A DNA stretch of 62,943 nt, filler included, from Octopus bimaculoides (Eukaryota), in NCBI RefSeq assembly GCF_001194135.2. It is 8 parts of 8 records of this genome, joined end to end, with 100 filler letters (N's around TTAATTAATTAA, not from the genome) between each part and the next. Parts side by side here need not be neighbours in the genome. Positions count along the whole stretch, not along the records: positions 59,583 to 62,943 come from NC_069010.1; 7 more parts are not named here. One strand, given 5' to 3'. Below, in pieces: positions 60,562-62,943 of this stretch. A model generated the notes under the pieces. It was not told where the DNA came from and searched no databases. It saw nothing but the letters and a program-made list of their open reading frames with translations. The position numbers and the translations under genes are program-made. The stretch's first letter is position 1. Every line of letters starts with the position of its first letter.

Positions 60562-60872
60562 AGATATCTGGCTGGGTTAGCCTGAATTTGCCGATCTGTC
60601 TGAACACTGAAATTCCAAAGGAAAGAAACGCCAGCCTTCTGGGCAACACGTGGTTTGTGTTTCTACTGATTATCTTTGTGAGGGAAGTTGTATGAGAGGT
60701 ATATTGATCAGTGTATATACTGAACTGTACTGCCATGCCTTTGCAAGTTCGGATCAGTTGTTCTCATCCAGAGATGTTGTGGTCGATTGTATCTGAATGT
60801 TCTCTGAAACACGACGGACTGCTTTCATGTTTTAGAACATTACACTGGAAATTCCTAACTGAAAGGCACTGA

Positions 60873-61346
60873 TCCTTTTTGGAAATATGCTGCGCGTGAG
60901 AAGACCTGGTAAGCCAAGTGAGACCTAAATCTAAGGCCTCAGCCAGCCCACGTATGCGTACTTTCCTTCATTGGACACTAAACTTCGCTTGCGAAGGCCT
61001 GTTGAAGCAAGTAAAATCGAAATCGAATTAAATTCGACGACTGGCACCCATGGCAACGTCGTCTCCTTCATTGGAAATGAAACTCGGCTTGCACATGTAA
61101 AGACATTCAAGCGACATCGTTGCCAGTGCCGCCAAACTGGCCGCTGTGCCGGTGGCACATAAAAGCACCCACTACACTCTCGGAGCTGTTGGCGTTAGGA
61201 AGGGCATCCAGCTGTAGAAACTCTGCCAAATCAGATTGGAGCCTGATGTAGCCATCTGGTTTCACCAGTCCTCAGTCAAATCGTCCAACCCATGCTAGCA
61301 TGGAAAGCGGACGTTAAACGATGATGATGATGATGATGATGATGAT
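60873..61346 (+). mobile_element. 5'-truncated RTE 3' end with (ATG)n tail, nested in the R4 relic
   Basis: TTTGGAAATATGCTG...GAGAAGACCTGG, conserved UTR GGCGTTAGGAAGGGCATCCAGCTGTAGAAAC, (ATG)n at 61321-61346. Confidence 0.88.
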
Positions 61347-62662
61347 ACCCACTCAGTTTCCAAGTCGGTGGTTAAGAATTTGGTCTACAACAGGATTAAT
61401 AACTCTAGTCAGATATTTGCTATATAGTAGCTTTTGCTCCCCACTTTTCTTTTAGTATATTGGCAGCTGGTTTGTTTGGTTGTACTTTTTTTTATTTGTT
61501 ATGCCATTTCATTTGCAGACACATTTTCTTCAGGTACTGCTTCCTCTAGTATCTAGTTGCATTTCCCTAAGGTATATTATAACCTTTTCCCATCACTGAG
61601 TGCAACTTTTTGGTATTTTCATGATTGAGAACCACATTTCATGTAGACACGGTTGCAATTTTTGATGAAAGTTGGGATTGCATTAACAACCCCTACCACC
61701 ACCTTTTTCCTGAAGATATATTCGATCTATGTCTGCTTTTAAGTGATGCGATGGGAGCTGAAAAGTCCTTTAAAAGAACTCAGAAGTTTGGGCCTTTCAC
61801 GATATCCTTTTCAGCACCCTATCTGATATCAGATTTCAGATTTTTACATCAACTTTGTCGATATCAGCGATAGACAGTTAATAACATTGAAGCTGCATGT
61901 GATTACTTGTAAGACTAATGTGTTTATGATCTCGATTTTGCTTCTGGCATCCAACCTGTCTTCAGAGTATCTCTTACCCAATAACAGCATTCCTTTTTTA
62001 CCTTTTTTCTCACTAGTGAGTGCTTAAATCTGTCTACTTCACAAACAACTACATATTTATAACTGCCTTCAGGTTCTACTCATAGAACAGTTTTTCATTA
62101 CATCTTTGTCCCCTTTTCTTTTAAAACTCACAACAAACTAAAGGGCTCTTTGGTGGGCTGTTCTATTTCCGGTTCCTTTGACACCTTGTTTGGAAGTATA
62201 TTTCTATAAAAATTCTAGAAGCTGTAGCAACAGAATTCAGGAAAAGTAATCAGTTTTTATCGATGGATCTCAAAGTAGATAAAACCAATAATTAGTACCG
62301 TGTAAATATTTGCTTAAAGAACCTTTGGATAAAAAATAGTAGATTCAGTTGGCCAATAGTAAGGATACAATGTTTACAAACTGCTATTTACTATTCTGTG
62401 AACTTTTTCAAACATCTCTTTCTATCACTTCTATGATTTTCAGAAATAACTGATTTGATCTTTTTTTTTAGATTGAATATTCATTAATACAATTTGACCA
62501 TGAAAAACAAGTTGTCCAGTTACTGTTGAATTCCATGTCTTTACTTGAATCTCCTGAAGTAAAGGGGTTAGAATCAAGGTGAGTATAATTATGTGCACTA
62601 AATTTTCAATAATCCTTTAATCCTTGATGATGATGAAAGTTATTATAAACAATAATTTGGAA

Positions 62663-62747
62663 AGAGAGAGAGAGAGAGAGAGTGAGAGAGAGAGAGAGTG
62701 AGAGAGAGAGAGTGAAAGAGAGAGAGAGAGTGAGAGAGAGAGAGAGA
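62663..62747. repeat. (GA)n microsatellite with GT interruptions
   Basis: Direct reading. Confidence 0.96.
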
Positions 62748-62943
62748 AGGCAGAAAATAGAGAAATGTGGTTCACATCACTGGAACCTGTTTCTCGTTTC
62801 TGTCTCAACTCATTGATTATAACGTTTAGAGGGATTTAAACAATGAATGTCATCTTAGTGGTTGATTTAGTCACAGAGTTATATCTATACTATAAAAGGC
62901 AAATCTACTCTGGGTGTGTGTATGTTTAAAATTCATACATTTA

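Larger units (their letters stand above)
59968..62330 (-). pseudogene. Old R4/Dong-clade retrotransposon (post-RT region through REL), interrupted by two insertions
   Basis: EPEGSYKY, KIEIINTLV, KADIDRIYLQEKGGGRG, YSKYLTRV, DQCLSVRNFQ, TIDHNISG, FLWNFSVQTDRQI, PDIFVK, RM*HLKST, AIGEFGMISKGANKY, KVLMCSLQILCKFLSM-stop (59968); extent beyond ~62090 is tentative. Confidence 0.8.

Overview
Eukaryotic, AT-rich, gap-ridden (roughly 7 kb of N) animal genomic window with no host protein-coding exon I can support. Repeat content suggests a coleoid cephalopod, most likely Octopus (inference). It contains: (i) three Tc1/mariner relics, namely two ~1.3 kb mariners with TIRs and an internally deleted DD37D/maT element; (ii) a TIR MITE carrying (TAACCC)n repeats; (iii) decayed non-LTR retrotransposons: four R4/Dong-type fragments of restriction-like-endonuclease (REL) elements, a CR1/L2-like ORF1+APE fragment, several RTE pieces and two 3' ends of an unclassified LINE; (iv) about 30 copies of short interspersed families that I label A-F, mostly tRNA-headed SINEs; (v) Penelope-like termini with minimal hammerhead-ribozyme architecture; (vi) very dense microsatellites. 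Almost all ORFs in the supplied track are microsatellite or N-gap artefacts. Best leads: apparent partitioning of microsatellite targets among retroelements (Dong-like in (TAA)n, an unclassified LINE at (ATCT)n); a SINE whose 3' tail matches that LINE's 3' end within this window; small hammerhead-like units, including an inverted pair with a U3-A8 core; and a CpG-depletion boundary near 53.6 kb.
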